From Eledone cirrhosa (Eukaryota): DNA of 64,000 nt. This document shows positions 1 to 13,193 of this stretch, in pieces. The position numbers and the translations under genes are program-made. Position 1 is the stretch's first letter. Each line of letters starts with the position of its first letter. The notes under the pieces are model-generated. The model saw only the letters and a program-made list of their open reading frames with translations, did no database searches and was not told the DNA's origin. Location: the NCBI GenBank assembly GCA_964016885.1, contig OZ024742.1, forward strand, positions 161,076,001-161,140,000, in the 5' to 3' direction.

Positions 1-3000
1 TTAAGGGGTCACTCAAACCGCATGTCATCAGCATGATCGAAAACAGCTGGCGCAGTTGAATTGGTGCTTTGAAGGCAGTAGCCTCCTCCAAAGTCTGATC
101 CCATTGAGCGTCATCTTCCAAGATTCCAAGTTTGGCACATGCCTCCCTATACGTAGTGCAGAGTTTGCCATTGATGCGCCGTAGCTCAGTGAAAGAAGTA
201 GGACCCTAACACTGTGCAGCAACATACGTAAATAAAAGCACTCATGGTAATTTGGATGCACTGTGTACACCCTCCCGATGGCATCGCTTTTAAAAACGTC
301 TTCTCCGTTCACGTGAACGCGTGCTCCCTGTCGGCGCCTGGTCCATTTATTATGTGCCCAGGTGTAGTAGGTTGGGACGTCGGCATAATGAAGCGTTTTA
401 GCAAACGGATCTTCTTGGCACAATTGGAAGAAAGCCGTTAATTTTGTTGCAGGTGGGTTGGCCACAACGCGGCTGGCGGTTTCGTCAGTATAGTACACTC
501 TTTGCCCATTCTCCAAGTGAATATTCAAGTTTACGACTCTTGGTGAACGCTGATGAATGTCAAAACCAAAAATCCTCCAAATCGCCTGATTGGATGAAAT
601 GTACCTGCCGATTTGATATTGTTGTATTTCATCAGGTTGTGCCCTGCCACCTTGGAGTTCAATGACAGCCATATCCCCTCCCTTGTTTATGTACTTGCAT
701 ATGTACTTAATGCTCTTCACCGACGTATATGACTCAACATTGATGTGAGCATTAAAAATCTTGGCAAGAAGAGGGTTATATGGTACCACCCACCTGTCTG
801 TTGTCGAGGACAATCTCCTGCCCGTGCAGCTTTATTTTTGCTGTAGCCCCACCATCCGCGAGTGCACGTCGTCTATAGATAGGATAGCCGTCGATCCCTG
901 TGCGTATTTCCCGTGTAAAAGGTCGTGGAAACCTTTTAGTGCACTTGTTATTCTCCATGCAAGGTGAATTAAAGTTAAGGGCGCCGCAGGGTCCGTGCAT
1001 CAATTGTTTGCTCACGGTGTTGAACAATTGCACATCGGTTTGCGGATTGGACAGTTCTGCGCAAATAATATTGTCCATGTCCGTTGGCCGTATCCTGTCC
1101 TTGCACCATATAAGGATGTGAGCATGTGGTAGTCCCCGCTTCTGCCACTCCACGGTATACATCCAAATATTTTGCCGTCTTTCAGTAGCCACATCAATTT
1201 CTTGAGTTTCTGCTGGAAGACTCTGGCTATGAGGTCGTGCATGTCACTATTCACCTGGCCCCGGAAGAGGTAGGTTTGAATTTCCTCCCATTTTGGATTG
1301 CAAGTGAGAGTGATGAAAAGATCAGGCCTGCCAAACTTACGAACGTAAGACATTGCATCCTGAGTTCTTTGGTGCATGTACCGAGGGGATCCTGTGAAAC
1401 TTGATGGAAGGATCACCTGTTGTCCGACGTTTTCGGCATAGCCATCACGAATCAGGGCGTCCTGTAAATGGATGTATTCCTCCGCACGCAGTTTCTTTTG
1501 GTTGAGTCGAATAAAAAGCAGACGTTCTGCCTCGATTTTGACAAACATATCCACAATGTATTGATTCGTCAGCTGCCTGAATCGGAGTAGCTGATTAAAA
1601 TCTCCACTCCTTACCATAAAGCGGTAGGCATAAAAGTCCATACATGAAATGGATTTCCGGGATTCACTACCATTGGAATAATTTACATGACAAAGAGCAA
1701 AATTGTATCCGTCCTCTCCGTGGGGGAATAAAAGAGGATACTGAAGGCAATCATACGATCTATGTGTCTCTGTGACAAACACCAACCGACTGTCACGGTG
1801 CTGAAGGACAATATCGCGTTTACCGTGCTCCTCGCCAACCAAAATCACTGCTACCTCATTGGTATTTGGTGCATTGAAACGACGGGCATGCTCGCCAGCT
1901 GGTCGCCTGTCAGCCCTTATAATCACCTTGATGTTCGGCGTGGTTTCAATTTGTTCCAAGGCAAACTTGAAATTGTGAACGTAGGGTTGAGTCACATGGA
2001 GCATTGTCTGCAGACCTGCTATTATTCGCCTATCTACACCCTCGTTTAACTTGCAGCGTTGGTCAATCTCGGCCTCACCTCCACCCCAAAAGAAAACCTG
2101 CAGAAACTTTGGCTCTTCATTTGGACGCGGACGAAGACTACCCATGCGATGGTAGCATTGGCCTTGAAGTCTGAATGTAGTGAAAACGTTGTTGTTGGGG
2201 TTCACGCTGTTGTTGGTGTTGTTATTGTCTACACCAAAGGAGGTCATCATGAAACAGGAGTTGTATTTCCACATATTACGGCGGAACGTTGTAGCCGTAG
2301 TGTCGTCACCTGTAAGTAGATTCAGAAGAACGTATGGCGGGTCAGCCAATGCTCCTAGTTGCACCTTACCTCCTGCACAACACATAGAAGGCGCCTCGCC
2401 TGGCCACTTCATTGCGTTGCAGGATGTACAGACATCATCCATTTTACCGATGGAAATTGTAGGCAGAAGTCCGTAATCCTCAGAGGGGTTATATCTGAAG
2501 GCTGCTTTTACCCAGCCTGAGCTCTTGGTAGTAGTAGTTAACGTATGCCGAGAACGCTTAGAAGCAAGCCTGTTGTCTCTGTCTGCCGTGGACTCCTCTG
2601 CAAGTGCTTGTTGATGATGAAGGCGAACCCCAGCAAGCCTCGTCTGACGGGATGTTGGTGATTCCTCCGCCAGCGCTTGTTGGTGACGAAGGCGAACATC
2701 AGCAAGCCTTGCCGTACGTGATGTTGGTGACTCAACCAGCCGGGAAAGACGTCTATCAGCGAGTCGAGATTCGCGTTCAGCAGGTGTTTCCTAGAGAAAA
2801 TTAATTAATTCTACTGGTTAGCTAAGCCAATGGCAGTGTCAATAGTAAATGAGAAAAGTCTAACATGAACAAAAGGGAATCAAGGTAAGACAATAAATTT
2901 AATATAACTACGATTAGAATGTTGTAGTTGCTTAAAAGTGGTGACAGTTAGGATAAACGCAGTACTTGCTAACATTAAGGGAGAATATTGCATAAAGGAT

Positions 3001-4581
3001 TAATCAATTGTGAATGAACTCATACCTGAGAACACCTAATTCGTTGTCTCAAAGCAGTAGCTGTACCTTTTTTGGAGGTAAGTCTTGAACGTTTCCGTGT
3101 GGGCATAACGACGTGTAACGAAGCTGTTAGGTTAGAGAGAGGTGATTAAATACAGAGAGAGATGAAACCAGATTCGTTAGCATGGTTACTGGTGAATGGG
3201 AAGGTTTGGAAATATGATTACAATAACTTACCGAATTTTCCGGTCTATAAATTGCACTTAAAATAATTAAATTTAATCAAAAAACAGCTCTGCGCTTTAT
3301 ACTCCGGTGAGCCTTATGTATAAATAATACAATGGTAATCAATCACGGCTCTAACAGAAGTAATAGATATAGACTAAAAGTAAAGAAGATAGCATTTTCC
3401 TGGTTGGCTTTACACGCCGTTGCGCGGACCTGATTTTAAATGATACGCCTTATATCCTGGTGAGCCTTATAGAGCGGAAAATATCTATTGGAAAAGAATA
3501 CGAATTCATGACCAAGGTGTGACAAAATAGGCGTCTATACAGCGCCTGAAATAAACTTGTCCAAAACCCTAGGATTTTTCTCGTTAAGTATCCACCCAAA
3601 AGGAACCGTTTTTTAGTTACAAAAAATAACCAAAATGTACAGTAGCTATATTTCTGACATATCATGCCAAAAAGAACAATATATTCAAAAAATGTCTAAA
3701 GTACATTCAATCTCTCTTTTTGACCTATATCTTAATAAGCAAGTTATCGATTTTTTATTGGCTGTCAGTGTCTATCTGCATGCAGGTGTGCACGTGTGCG
3801 CAATTAATTGCAAATACGCTCATAACATTTAGTCGTAAGCAGAACATAAAATGCCATTAGAGGTGGGCTAATAATGAAGACACAAACCCTGGTGAACTTA
3901 CGTTTAAACACCTGAAAAGTTACTCACTTCCTGTGCAAAAGACTGTAACAGTAGTAATATAAATTAAGTAATTTTTTAGAACCTTTTGTTTAAAAAAGGA
4001 AAACATTGGTACGGACGTAACATTTTTTACAACTTTGTATGTGTACAATACAACTTGGTCAACGTATTATTTAGTAATTTTTTTTTTTAAAAAGCATGAT
4101 TATTTAAGACTGTTTGAAAATTTACTCACAGCTTTTAGTATCACAAAAGACACCATTAAATTTGGTTCCCTTTTCAGATAGGGATAATACTGTATTTCCA
4201 CTTGAATAAGGTGGAATATGAAAAGATAAACTCTTTAATGGTCGGTCGTTTACTGAGACAGCTGGGAAGACATGCAGCTGGACGTCCAATCGATAACGTA
4301 CGTCCTTATATGGGCATATGAAATTTATTTTTATTGCGCCAGATGTAAACTAAGAGTTCTTGTGTTCGAATTTACATAACATTTCATTGGAATCGAAAAA
4401 CATTCTGTCATAAGGCCCGATTATCGATTTTTCGAAAATTTCAAGTAGCCTATTCCACTCTACGCGTTGAGTTTTATATATGTGTGAGGTTTCATGAAAA
4501 TTGGATGAACGGTGTAGCATGCAAGTTCGGAACACCAAACAATGCCCATCGTCACTTTATTTATATATATATATATATAGA
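1..4581 (-). mobile_element. Autonomous-type Helitron, degenerate; 3' part lies outside the window
   Basis: Rep-domain ORFs at 28-2442. Putative 5' terminus TC-TATATA... at 4581 on the minus strand. The helicase domain would lie left of position 1. Confidence 0.85.
28..3106 (-). pseudogene. Helitron Rep(/helicase) gene, frameshifted into several ORFs
   Basis: ORF 1012-2442 has CxxC...MCCAGGKV, YRFMVR, ILPSSFTGSPRYM and PDLFITLTCNPKW (Rep motif 1). ORF 776-1192 has YTVEWQKRGLPHAHIL (HUH motif 2). ORF 28-813 has VVPYNP...AHINVE...KYICKYINKG (two catalytic Tyr). A candidate first exon lies at 3026-3106. Confidence 0.93.
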
Positions 4582-4773
4582 AGATATATATATATATGTA
4601 TATATAGATATATATATACACATACACATATACATACATATATACATACATATATATATATATATACATATATATATACATACATATATATTCACATACA
4701 TATGCATAAACATACATATATATACACATACATATATATACACATACATATATATACACATACATATACGTAG

Positions 4774-4812
<39 letters not shown>

Positions 4813-4982
4813 CACATATACACACATATATATACACATATATATACTTACACATATATATATACGTACATATATATATATATACACATACATATACATA
4901 CATATACATACATACATATACATACACATACATATACATACATATACATACATTCATACACACACACATACATATATATACA
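4560..4982. repeat. (TA)n/(CATA)n compound microsatellite
   Basis: Read directly; produces the spurious YI/IY-rich ORFs. Confidence 0.95.
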
Positions 4983-5098
4983 GTAATAATAATAAATGTG
5001 AAGACTAAAATCAAAGAGGGCTCGATAAGGATAAATAAATATCAAATAAATATATAAGAACCCTAGAGCAAATATTTATTAAAATAACAGATCAAAGC
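4983..5098 (-). mobile_element. 3'-terminal fragment of a Penelope-like family (same family as 30033-31820)
   Basis: GTAATAATAATAAATGTGAAGACTAAAATCAAAGAGGGCTCGATAAGGAT... recurs at ~18393, ~30033 and partly at ~44604. The first three copies abut TA-rich microsatellite. Confidence 0.65.
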
Positions 5099-5710
5099 TA
5101 AAAAAAACATATACAAAAATACATATATACATCAGCTGCCCACTTGATGTCAACATTGTAAGAAAAATACAAGAGAAAGAGGACATCTACGGACCATTGA
5201 TGGGAGTTTGCAGATCCAGTATCTTGGATTCGCGGCAAATGGCTGCGATAGCTGGCACCTTCAAAATTTGCAAAACTTTCTTGCGATTCAAAGGATGACA
5301 ATTTCTTTTCTTTTACAACCTTGCCACCAGGAAGGTGGCCGGTCAAAAATATACTCGAAATTAAGAGAAAGAGAGAACATACATACATACATACATACAT
5401 ATACACAAACACACACATATATATATATATGTGGGTCGAAACCTACAAATACAGACAATAATAATGTCAGCTTGTCTTGTAACTCACATAAATATATTTT
5501 TTAGTTTTGTTTGTTATTTATTTATTCTTCTTTCGTGTGGTATGTTGATATGCGCGCGCACATGTGATTGTGCTTTCTAAAATATATAGGTATATCTAAT
5601 GATAAACAAAACAATTTTCAGCCAGTGTTGTGTTGTATAATCGGATGCACATAGGAAAATGTATATAAATCTTTTTGTTTTTATTTTTTACTCCACCGAC
5701 AGAAAAGGAA

Positions 5711-5760
5711 GGACTGACTAGGTCTGTTTCGACTCTAATTGGAATCTTCATCAGAAAGTC
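5711..5760 (-). ncRNA. Decayed type I hammerhead ribozyme
   Basis: Minus strand reads CTGATGA-A-GATTC CAATTA GAGTC-GAAA-CAGACCTAGTC. Stem II is intact; stems I and III are imperfect. Confidence 0.5.
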
Positions 5761-5855
5761 ATGAACGGTACCCCAATCCCGTTCATATTTCAATATAACC
5801 TAGCCTGCGCTCAATTTTTTTTTTTTTTTTCTGTTTAACTAATTGTTTACTTATA

Positions 5856-5990
5856 GGCGGCGAATTGGCAGAGTCGTTTGAATGTCGAATAGAATGCTAT
5901 TCGTTCTGGATTCAAATCCAGCCATGGTCAATTTTACCTTTCATTATTTTGAGGTCGATAAAAAAAGGTACTTGTCTAATACTGGGTCGA
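5856..5990 (+). mobile_element. tRNA-derived SINE family A, diverged copy
   Basis: A-box-like TGGCAGAGTCG, B-box-like GATTCAAATCC, then CCTTTCAT...GAGGTCGATAAAA. Other copies at about 9004-9207, 16660-16775, 23826-24003, 27375-27670, 34492-34635, 38162-38340, 39072-39205, 56787-56935, 61355-61498 and 62670-62808. Confidence 0.8.
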
Positions 5991-6236
5991 TTCTTCCTCT
6001 AAATCTCATTCTCACTTTCTAAATCTCATTCTGTCTTTCTTCTTCTTTGGAATAAATCAGTTGTATTCAGATCTGGGAGAACATGGGTTTCACCAGATTT
6101 TCAAAAAAGCCCAATAAACGTCTTATGTCACTACAGCACTTCTACAACTCCACCAGTAGTTACGCATACATACATTCATACAATTGTTTACTTGCCAGCG
6201 CGACAAATTTCTCTCTTCCCCCCTCTCACACACATA

Positions 6237-6268
<32 letters not shown>

Positions 6269-6510
6269 ATCTCACATTCCTCTTTTTCGACGGAAGTCTA
6301 TCTATATTTCGCTCCTTCCGGCGTTACCATTTGCACAACTTGTCTACACCATATCCTGTCGCGCTTCCAGTTGTAAGACTTTATTGTTATTTCTTTACCT
6401 ACTCATTTTGCTATCCTAGTTGAAAGACGTTCACTTGTTGTCTCCTGTCTCTATGCTGTTGTCTTGTCTCATATACATCTTACGTGTGGGTTGTTCTAAG
6501 CCATCGCAAA

Positions 6511-6662
6511 CCTGCCAACTTCTAAAAACCCAAACAGGGCGTACCATGAAATAAAGTGTCCCAAAACGAGTAGAAATTGGGCAAAATGGGGAAATTTTAC
6601 ATAATGAAAGCTATACTCCTTTTCCCAAGAGATCTCCCCGTCAGACGGGGAGAGTTGACAGG
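6511..6662. mobile_element. Short MITE-like element with CCTGCCAACT/AGTTGACAGG termini
   Basis: Short terminal inverted repeats. A second, inverted copy lies at ~59004-59146. Confidence 0.6.
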
Positions 6663-7269
6663 ATTGATATATATACATATAAATATAAATATAATTTCAG
6701 CGAGATCGTATTTCGGCGGGGGCCAAAAACAAAACGAAACGCAATCTTCGAGATATGCGGCAAGCGCTCAATGGACAAAAAGAAGACCAGAGCAATTAAC
6801 ATACGTTATAAAGGCCAGATAAAATGAAAACAGTGGTCGTGAAGCCATCAGCCACCGGAGCCAAAAAAAACGAAGCAAGCTAAACAGGTTAACAAAAGAA
6901 TAATATATATACCAGGGGTAGTGGAACTTGGGGGGGGGGGGGCATGGCTCATCCAATAATCATATTTTTCTCCCCAAAACACACATCTATTTGTACATGC
7001 GCTACAATTTATGTACATGTTATATTTATCACATATCGAAGTTTTTTATATCTTGGTTGATTTTTGATAATATATTATTGCCAATTGCTAGTATATGTAT
7101 TCAGAGACAGATTTCATTGGTCATTTTGCTATATTCACTTTATGATTATTGATATGTGATATGACATGGGTTAGACGGGTTGTCCTGTTGTGAGCAGTGT
7201 CCAGTCGGCTGACCATTATTACATTTTCTGACCATTTTAGAAGGCAAAGAGCTAAACTAAACACTACAA

Positions 7270-8380
7270 CTAAATTGACCAAATTTGCTGTTCAACGTGA
7301 TGCAAAATGCTTCAAAAGGATTCAAAACAACCTCAAATGATCCGAAAGTATTAAAAATGTTCCAGAAATTTCACAAATGATACAAAGTTATTCACAATGA
7401 CTTAAAATGTTTCAGGAAAAGAAAGGAGCCGACCATTAGATTGGATCAAGGAATCAATATTTTCATTGGTCTTTCCATTGGTGATCTACCGATCGTAACC
7501 ACTTTTTAATCAATAGCTGGACAATATGGGGATAGAATACATGACAATTTGCATTATTAACACGGCAATCTAGACAACTGAGCTAACCGGTCTTTTAAAA
7601 CCTATCGAAAATAATGCAAAGTGACACCAAAATGAACCGAAGTAAGTAATCTAAAATGATTCAAAGTTAGCTCAAATATTACAAATTGAAATGAAATGAA
7701 ACACGATGATTCAAATTGGGTCAATATTACTTAGATTGGTCCGAAATTATTGAAAAAGATTCGAAACCCAAAGTGACTCTAATTGTTCGAAAACTATAGT
7801 AATTATTCAGGGAACTGAAATTATGAAAACATGCAAAATGAAAGATCAAAAGTCATCCTAATGACTAAACGTTAATAAAAGGGTTAAAGTAATTTAATAA
7901 ACTTCAGAATATCTTGTTTTTCTCTTCAGGTGCTGTGAAGTTCTAGAAGTTGGTGACATTGAAGACACTGCTGAAGTAACCAATTTCACATCTGGTTTTT
8001 ACTTCTATGAACAAGTTGAAGATACAAAAGTCAGTGTTTGGCTGTGGTCACGATTGTTCGTTTAAAAGACTCAAAATGATCCCAAATATCACCTCCACCA
8101 ACAAAAAGTGTGGTCCAGAGGAATCAAATGATCCAAAGCGATACAAATTTACTCAAATTTTCCAAAGTGATCTAAGATGATCCAAATGATTGACAATTAC
8201 CCAAAGTGACCTAAAATAATCTAAATTGTATTATATTTATCCACAATAACCCAAAATGATCTAAAGGAATCATAGACTTGGCCCGAATAGTCTAAAATGT
8301 TCCAAAGTTATCCAAATGTATCAAAAATGATGCAAAATTATCTAAAAATAACCCAAAGCTATCCACAATTATGTATGAAA
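7270..8380. repeat. Degenerate ~10-bp-periodic satellite (AAATGATCCA-like), interrupted
   Basis: Recurrent AAATGATCC/AAAGTGATCT/AAATTATCC variants at about 10-nt spacing. Confidence 0.55.
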
Positions 8381-9613
8381 TCATTGTTACTACTTAATAC
8401 AAGTCCACTTATAATTCCTGGTGAAATATATAATTACTTGGTCGAATAATTTAAAAAAATAATAAACCGTGTATGTCTCGACGTTGTAGACACTACATTT
8501 TGAAATATGAAAGTATAGACGCATCAGGAAAATTCGGCTCCCAGGCCGCTGGGTAAATTTTCCAGGCATATATTGGCGGGAAAAATCATCGTTTTCAATG
8601 CTGGGAAATGCGGTGTAAATTTTCATAATTTTATAAAATAAAATATATATTCATAATATCAAATTTTTTAAATTAAAAAAAAGTTGTTTTAATTATATAT
8701 ATAATCTTGACCACACAATTTGTCAAATTTATTTCAATAAAATTATAAAAGATTTATAGTTTCAAATTATCAAAATTTAAAAGTTTATATTATACTTATA
8801 ATTTTTACCAGCTTTTGTGTAAAATTTCTTTTCACAATAAAGATTACTATCATAAATTTTCAAAATTTTCAAAATGTTAAAAATAATTAAATTTTATTCA
8901 CACATATCTTAACCAATCATTATACTAAAATCCTTTTTCGTAATTTTATTGAATAAAATTTAGATGATTTGTAATATTAAATTTGTTAAATATTGGTTTC
9001 TGATTTAGGCACAAGCCCAACAATTTTTGGGGAGGAGAAAGTCGATTAAATCAACCCAGTGCATTACTGGTACTTTATTTTATCGACACCAAAAGAATGA
9101 AAGTCAAAGCTAACCTCAACAGGATGTGAACTTAGATCGTAAAGGAGAGTAACTCTGCCATAAGTCATGTTGTCCGATGCTCCACCGATATTGCCAATCC
9201 ACCGCCCACAATTTTATAGATATTAAAAATTGTATTTTTCTACGCTTTCTTTTCTTTGCTAATCCTTCTGTTAAATATCTTTTCACAATTTTATAAAATA
9301 TAGTATACATTTATATCACATTTGGAAAATTTGAAAAATAATTAAATTCTATTTATATATTTTTTACCAATCATTATGTAAAAGTTATTTTCATAATTGT
9401 GTAAAGTAAAATTAAAGTTTTAAACAATAGAATTTATATTTCTTGACCAAGTCATTATACAAAATATATTTTTCGATTTAGATTTAGATTTATATCAAAT
9501 TATCAAAATAATTATATTTTATTTATATATTTCTTGACTAATCATTACACTATATATATATATATATATACAATATTAAATAAATGGAAAACTATATTTA
9601 TAAAACCATATTT

Positions 9614-9677
9614 ATTTCATTATATATATTTCGGCGATATCATATTAACAATATGCTATGCCTTCATCAGACAAAAT
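9614..9677 (-). ncRNA. Type I hammerhead ribozyme (inverted pLTR copy)
   Basis: ATTTTGT-CTGATGA-AGGC...GCC-GAAA-TATATAT-A-ATGAAAT. Stem I is 7 bp including G-U pairs; stem III is palindromic. Confidence 0.85.
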
Positions 9678-9777
9678 ACAATATAAACAGTTTTATAGAC
9701 AAATAGGTTCGACATACCGTTATAACACCGACTTCATTTGAAGAGGTTTACTCTGGCTGTGAAAAACACAACCTTTC

Positions 9778-11469
9778 GTGCCCAGGAAACCGAAGATCAA
9801 TATGAAGGACCACAAGAGGAATTTTGAAAATGACCTGCCAGTTAGATTGATCGCACCTTCAAAATCGGACCTGGGCAAATTAAGCAAAAACATTCTTGAC
9901 AGGGTGATACAGCAAATTAAGAACTTGGACTGTGTATCTAACCTGAGCTTGTGGAAGGGAACTGGAGAGGTTGTTGAGTGGTTTAGGCAAATTAAATATA
10001 ACAATAATAATAGGTTTATTCAACTTGATATAGCTAACTATTATTCGTCTATTACCCCTAGTCTACTAAATAAGGCACTAAATTACGCATTCAAACATAC
10101 CGACCTAACTAGCAAAGAAATGCATATTATATTATCAGCTAGGGAAACTTTGATAGAATTTAATGACAAATTATGGACGAGAGCAGATAGAGATAGCAAT
10201 TTTGACATAACTATGGGATCTTCCGACTCAGCTCAGGTAACTGACCTTGTGGGCTTATTTTTAATCAATTCGCTACATAGGAAAATACCTGGTACTACCG
10301 GAGGTTTATATAGGGATGACATGCTTTTACTTATTAATAATAATAACCCTGAACTAAATAGAAAATGTAAACAAATTACAAAATTTTTTAATTACTTTAA
10401 CCTTAAAATAGAAATTGAGAACAACCATAGAATAGTCAATTTCCTAGATATAACATTAAATCTCAACACATGTCTCCACTATCCTTTTCACAAGTTGAAT
10501 GAAAACTTAAACTATGTCAACTTTAACTCTAACCACCCCAGATCTGTCAAAAACACTATAGTAAACTCAGTTCAAAAACGTATCTCTAGGATCTCGTCGA
10601 ATAGATTGATTTTCGACGAAAAGGCCCAATACTATAATGAAGCACTAGCTAGGGCAGGATATGCTGATAAGATTGTGTACATAGATAATGATAGACAAAC
10701 TAAACAAAGTAACAACTTTTTTAATTACGGCAACAACATTAACAACTATAATAGAAAGCATTACAATAATTCCAAAGGACAAAAAAGAAATAGAACTAGG
10801 AACATAATTTGGTTTGCCCCCCCTTTCTCACTAAACATTAAAACCCACATCGCTAAATTATTTTTCAAAGCTCTTGATAATCGCTTCCCTAGAACACATA
10901 GGTATCACTCAATTTTCAATAGGCATACAATTAAATTAACCTACTCATCCACCAAAAATTTAGCACAAAATATTAATAGAATAAATAATAGGAAATTAAA
11001 ACCTACTGATAATAGCATAAATAATATACAAGTTAACAAATGTAACTGTAGAGATAGATCTAAATGTCCGTTAAATAACAACTGCTTAGTTAAAAATATA
11101 GTATACAATTGTAATGTTAATACTGACTCTAATTCTTTTAACTACGTCGGTTCCACATCGACGGAATTTAAACTTCGGTATAATAACCACAAGAATTCTT
11201 TCACAGATCCAAATAAAAAATCTTCAACGGCACTATCAGGCGTACTCTGGCAACTTAAGCTAGATAACGTTAGATATTCGACGGCTTGGAATATAGTCTC
11301 AAGAGGGATTCCTTTTAATTCATCCTCTGAGACATGTGACCTCTGCGCAGAGGAGATATTCTTCATACTAAAATCTAAAAATTCCCTTAACCTACGGACA
11401 AATTTATTCAGTTGTTGCAAACATAGATTAAACTCAACGTTTAAATATAAATTTAAATTTAAAATGTAG
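9778..11469 (+). CDS. Penelope-like reverse transcriptase + GIY-YIG endonuclease (N-terminally truncated, uninterrupted, 563 aa)
   Basis: RT motifs KDHKRNF/VRLIAP, FIQLDIANYYSSI, FDITMGSSDS, GLYRDD, NFLDITL, SNHP. Linker CNCRDRSKCPL. Endonuclease IVY...YVG...FKLRYNNH. C-terminal CDLC..E...LN...CKH. The GTG start is probably an artefact of truncation. Confidence 0.93.
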   Translation: MPRKPKINMKDHKRNFENDLPVRLIAPSKSDLGKLSKNILDRVIQQIKNLDCVSNLSLWKGTGEVVEWFRQIKYNNNNRFIQLDIANYYSSITPSLLNKALNYAFKHTDLTSKEMHIILSARETLIEFNDKLWTRADRDSNFDITMGSSDSAQVTDLVGLFLINSLHRKIPGTTGGLYRDDMLLLINNNNPELNRKCKQITKFFNYFNLKIEIENNHRIVNFLDITLNLNTCLHYPFHKLNENLNYVNFNSNHPRSVKNTIVNSVQKRISRISSNRLIFDEKAQYYNEALARAGYADKIVYIDNDRQTKQSNNFFNYGNNINNYNRKHYNNSKGQKRNRTRNIIWFAPPFSLNIKTHIAKLFFKALDNRFPRTHRYHSIFNRHTIKLTYSSTKNLAQNINRINNRKLKPTDNSINNIQVNKCNCRDRSKCPLNNNCLVKNIVYNCNVNTDSNSFNYVGSTSTEFKLRYNNHKNSFTDPNKKSSTALSGVLWQLKLDNVRYSTAWNIVSRGIPFNSSSETCDLCAEEIFFILKSKNSLNLRTNLFSCCKHRLNSTFKYKFKFKM

Positions 11470-12999
11470 TATATTTAGTTTGATTTATATTTATATGGGA
11501 AACTAGCCGATAAATTTTTGATTCCTAAATCTTTGATTCCTTCTTTTTACTCTCTTTTTATTGTTTATTTTATTTTTATCTAAACATTCCTCATGAAAAA
11601 TTAAGCTACCCTAAAAGCTGATGCTCCAAATTTTTGAATAAACCTTACACTAGATAAACTTCTATATTAAATATAAGAACATATATAGACCTAATTGGAC
11701 ATCATAATCTTTTTGAAATGATCTTTGCTAGATGTGATTTGATGGATAATTTTTGGCTTTGTCTTCTAAAGAACTTGGCAATATATTGTCAATTAACTTT
11801 GAAGGGTTGATCTTTGTGGTGTATTTTTATTTTTATTTTTATTTTTATTTTTATTTTTATTTTTATTATTGTAGTATTCTATAATATTTTCTATAATATT
11901 TTTTATTTTTTATTTTTTATTTTTTATTTTTTATTTTTTATTTTTTATTTTTTATTTTTATTGTATTTTTAATATCTTTAATATGTAAATTTTTAATACG
12001 TAATATTTTTTAATACGTAGTATGCTTAATATATAATATTTTTATTATGTAATATTCTTTCGTAATATTTTTATTTTTTTATTTTTTTAGTGTTCTATTC
12101 TATATTTTTACTTATTATTATTATTGTTATCTTTTTATTTTTAGTTTTGTTTATGATATATATTTTTATTAGTATATTGAAAATCTGCTCTCTACTTCTG
12201 CTTGATAGATAATCTGGTAGAGTAATGACATGAATAATAATACACATATTTGTATGCTCAAATTTTTATACCACATTGGGAGCGTTTTCCGTGAACTTAG
12301 AGTTTGCAGAGTGAATCAGTTACATTCGCATGGATGTTTGTAGCTGTCACATAAACATATGAATTTTTTAAAACTAAACATAAGATAATTAATTTTCACA
12401 CATTATAGATACTTGTCTCATTCAGGAATACTGATATTTACAATATAGTGTAAGTTTTATAAATATTAATACATTACAACATAGGGTTTTTACGCCTCGA
12501 ATATATCTGGCTATTTTTAAATTTTCTTTCTCTCGCTATTTTTTCCTCTCTCTATATTTTTTTTCCTCTCCTCCTCTCTCTATATTTTTTTCTCTATATA
12601 TATATCTCCCTTACATTAATACTTGAGCTAAATAAATAAATAAATAAATAAACGTATCATTGATACATTTACTCAAAATGACCTCCCACTACCTAATTTT
12701 CTATATATATATATGTATCTATCTCTATTTTCTCTCTCTATATATATATATATCTCTTTCTGTTTCTTTACATGAAGTTCTTCGCTTTATCTATCTTTCC
12801 ATCTCTCTATTTTGTTCCATGCATTTCCTCTTTCTCTTCTTTTTCTTCCTTTTCTTCGTTTTCTGTCTTTCTTTCTGTTTTCTCTCTTTTTCTTTCTCTC
12901 TGTGTAAAATTTTTTCACAGCCAGAGTAAACCTCTTCAAATGAAGTCGGTGTTATAACGGTATGTCGAACCTATTTGTCTATAAAACTGTTTATATTGT

Positions 13000-13063
13000 A
13001 TTTTGTCTGATGAAGGCATAGCATATTGTTAATATGATATCCCCGAAATATATATAATGAAAT
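13000..13063 (+). ncRNA. Type I hammerhead ribozyme (3' pLTR copy)
   Basis: CTGATGA at 13007, GAAA at 13045, predicted cleavage after AUA at 13056. One stem II mismatch at 13042. Confidence 0.82.
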
Positions 13064-13193
13064 AAATATGGTTTTATAAATATAGTTTTCCATTTATTTA
13101 ATATTGTAAATATACTCCAAATATTTGTCGAGTGCTTTTATACCAGTTATAAATATTTACTAGTTGTAACCCAACAATTTTAAATATAACTTT

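Noticed and set aside
9778-11700. Selenoprotein-type Naiad (UGA recoding plus SECIS)
   Set aside because: The ORF has no in-frame TGA and its conserved Cys positions are normal codons. No SECIS is evident downstream. The stop in the 30.3-kb remnant is TAG at a Trp position.
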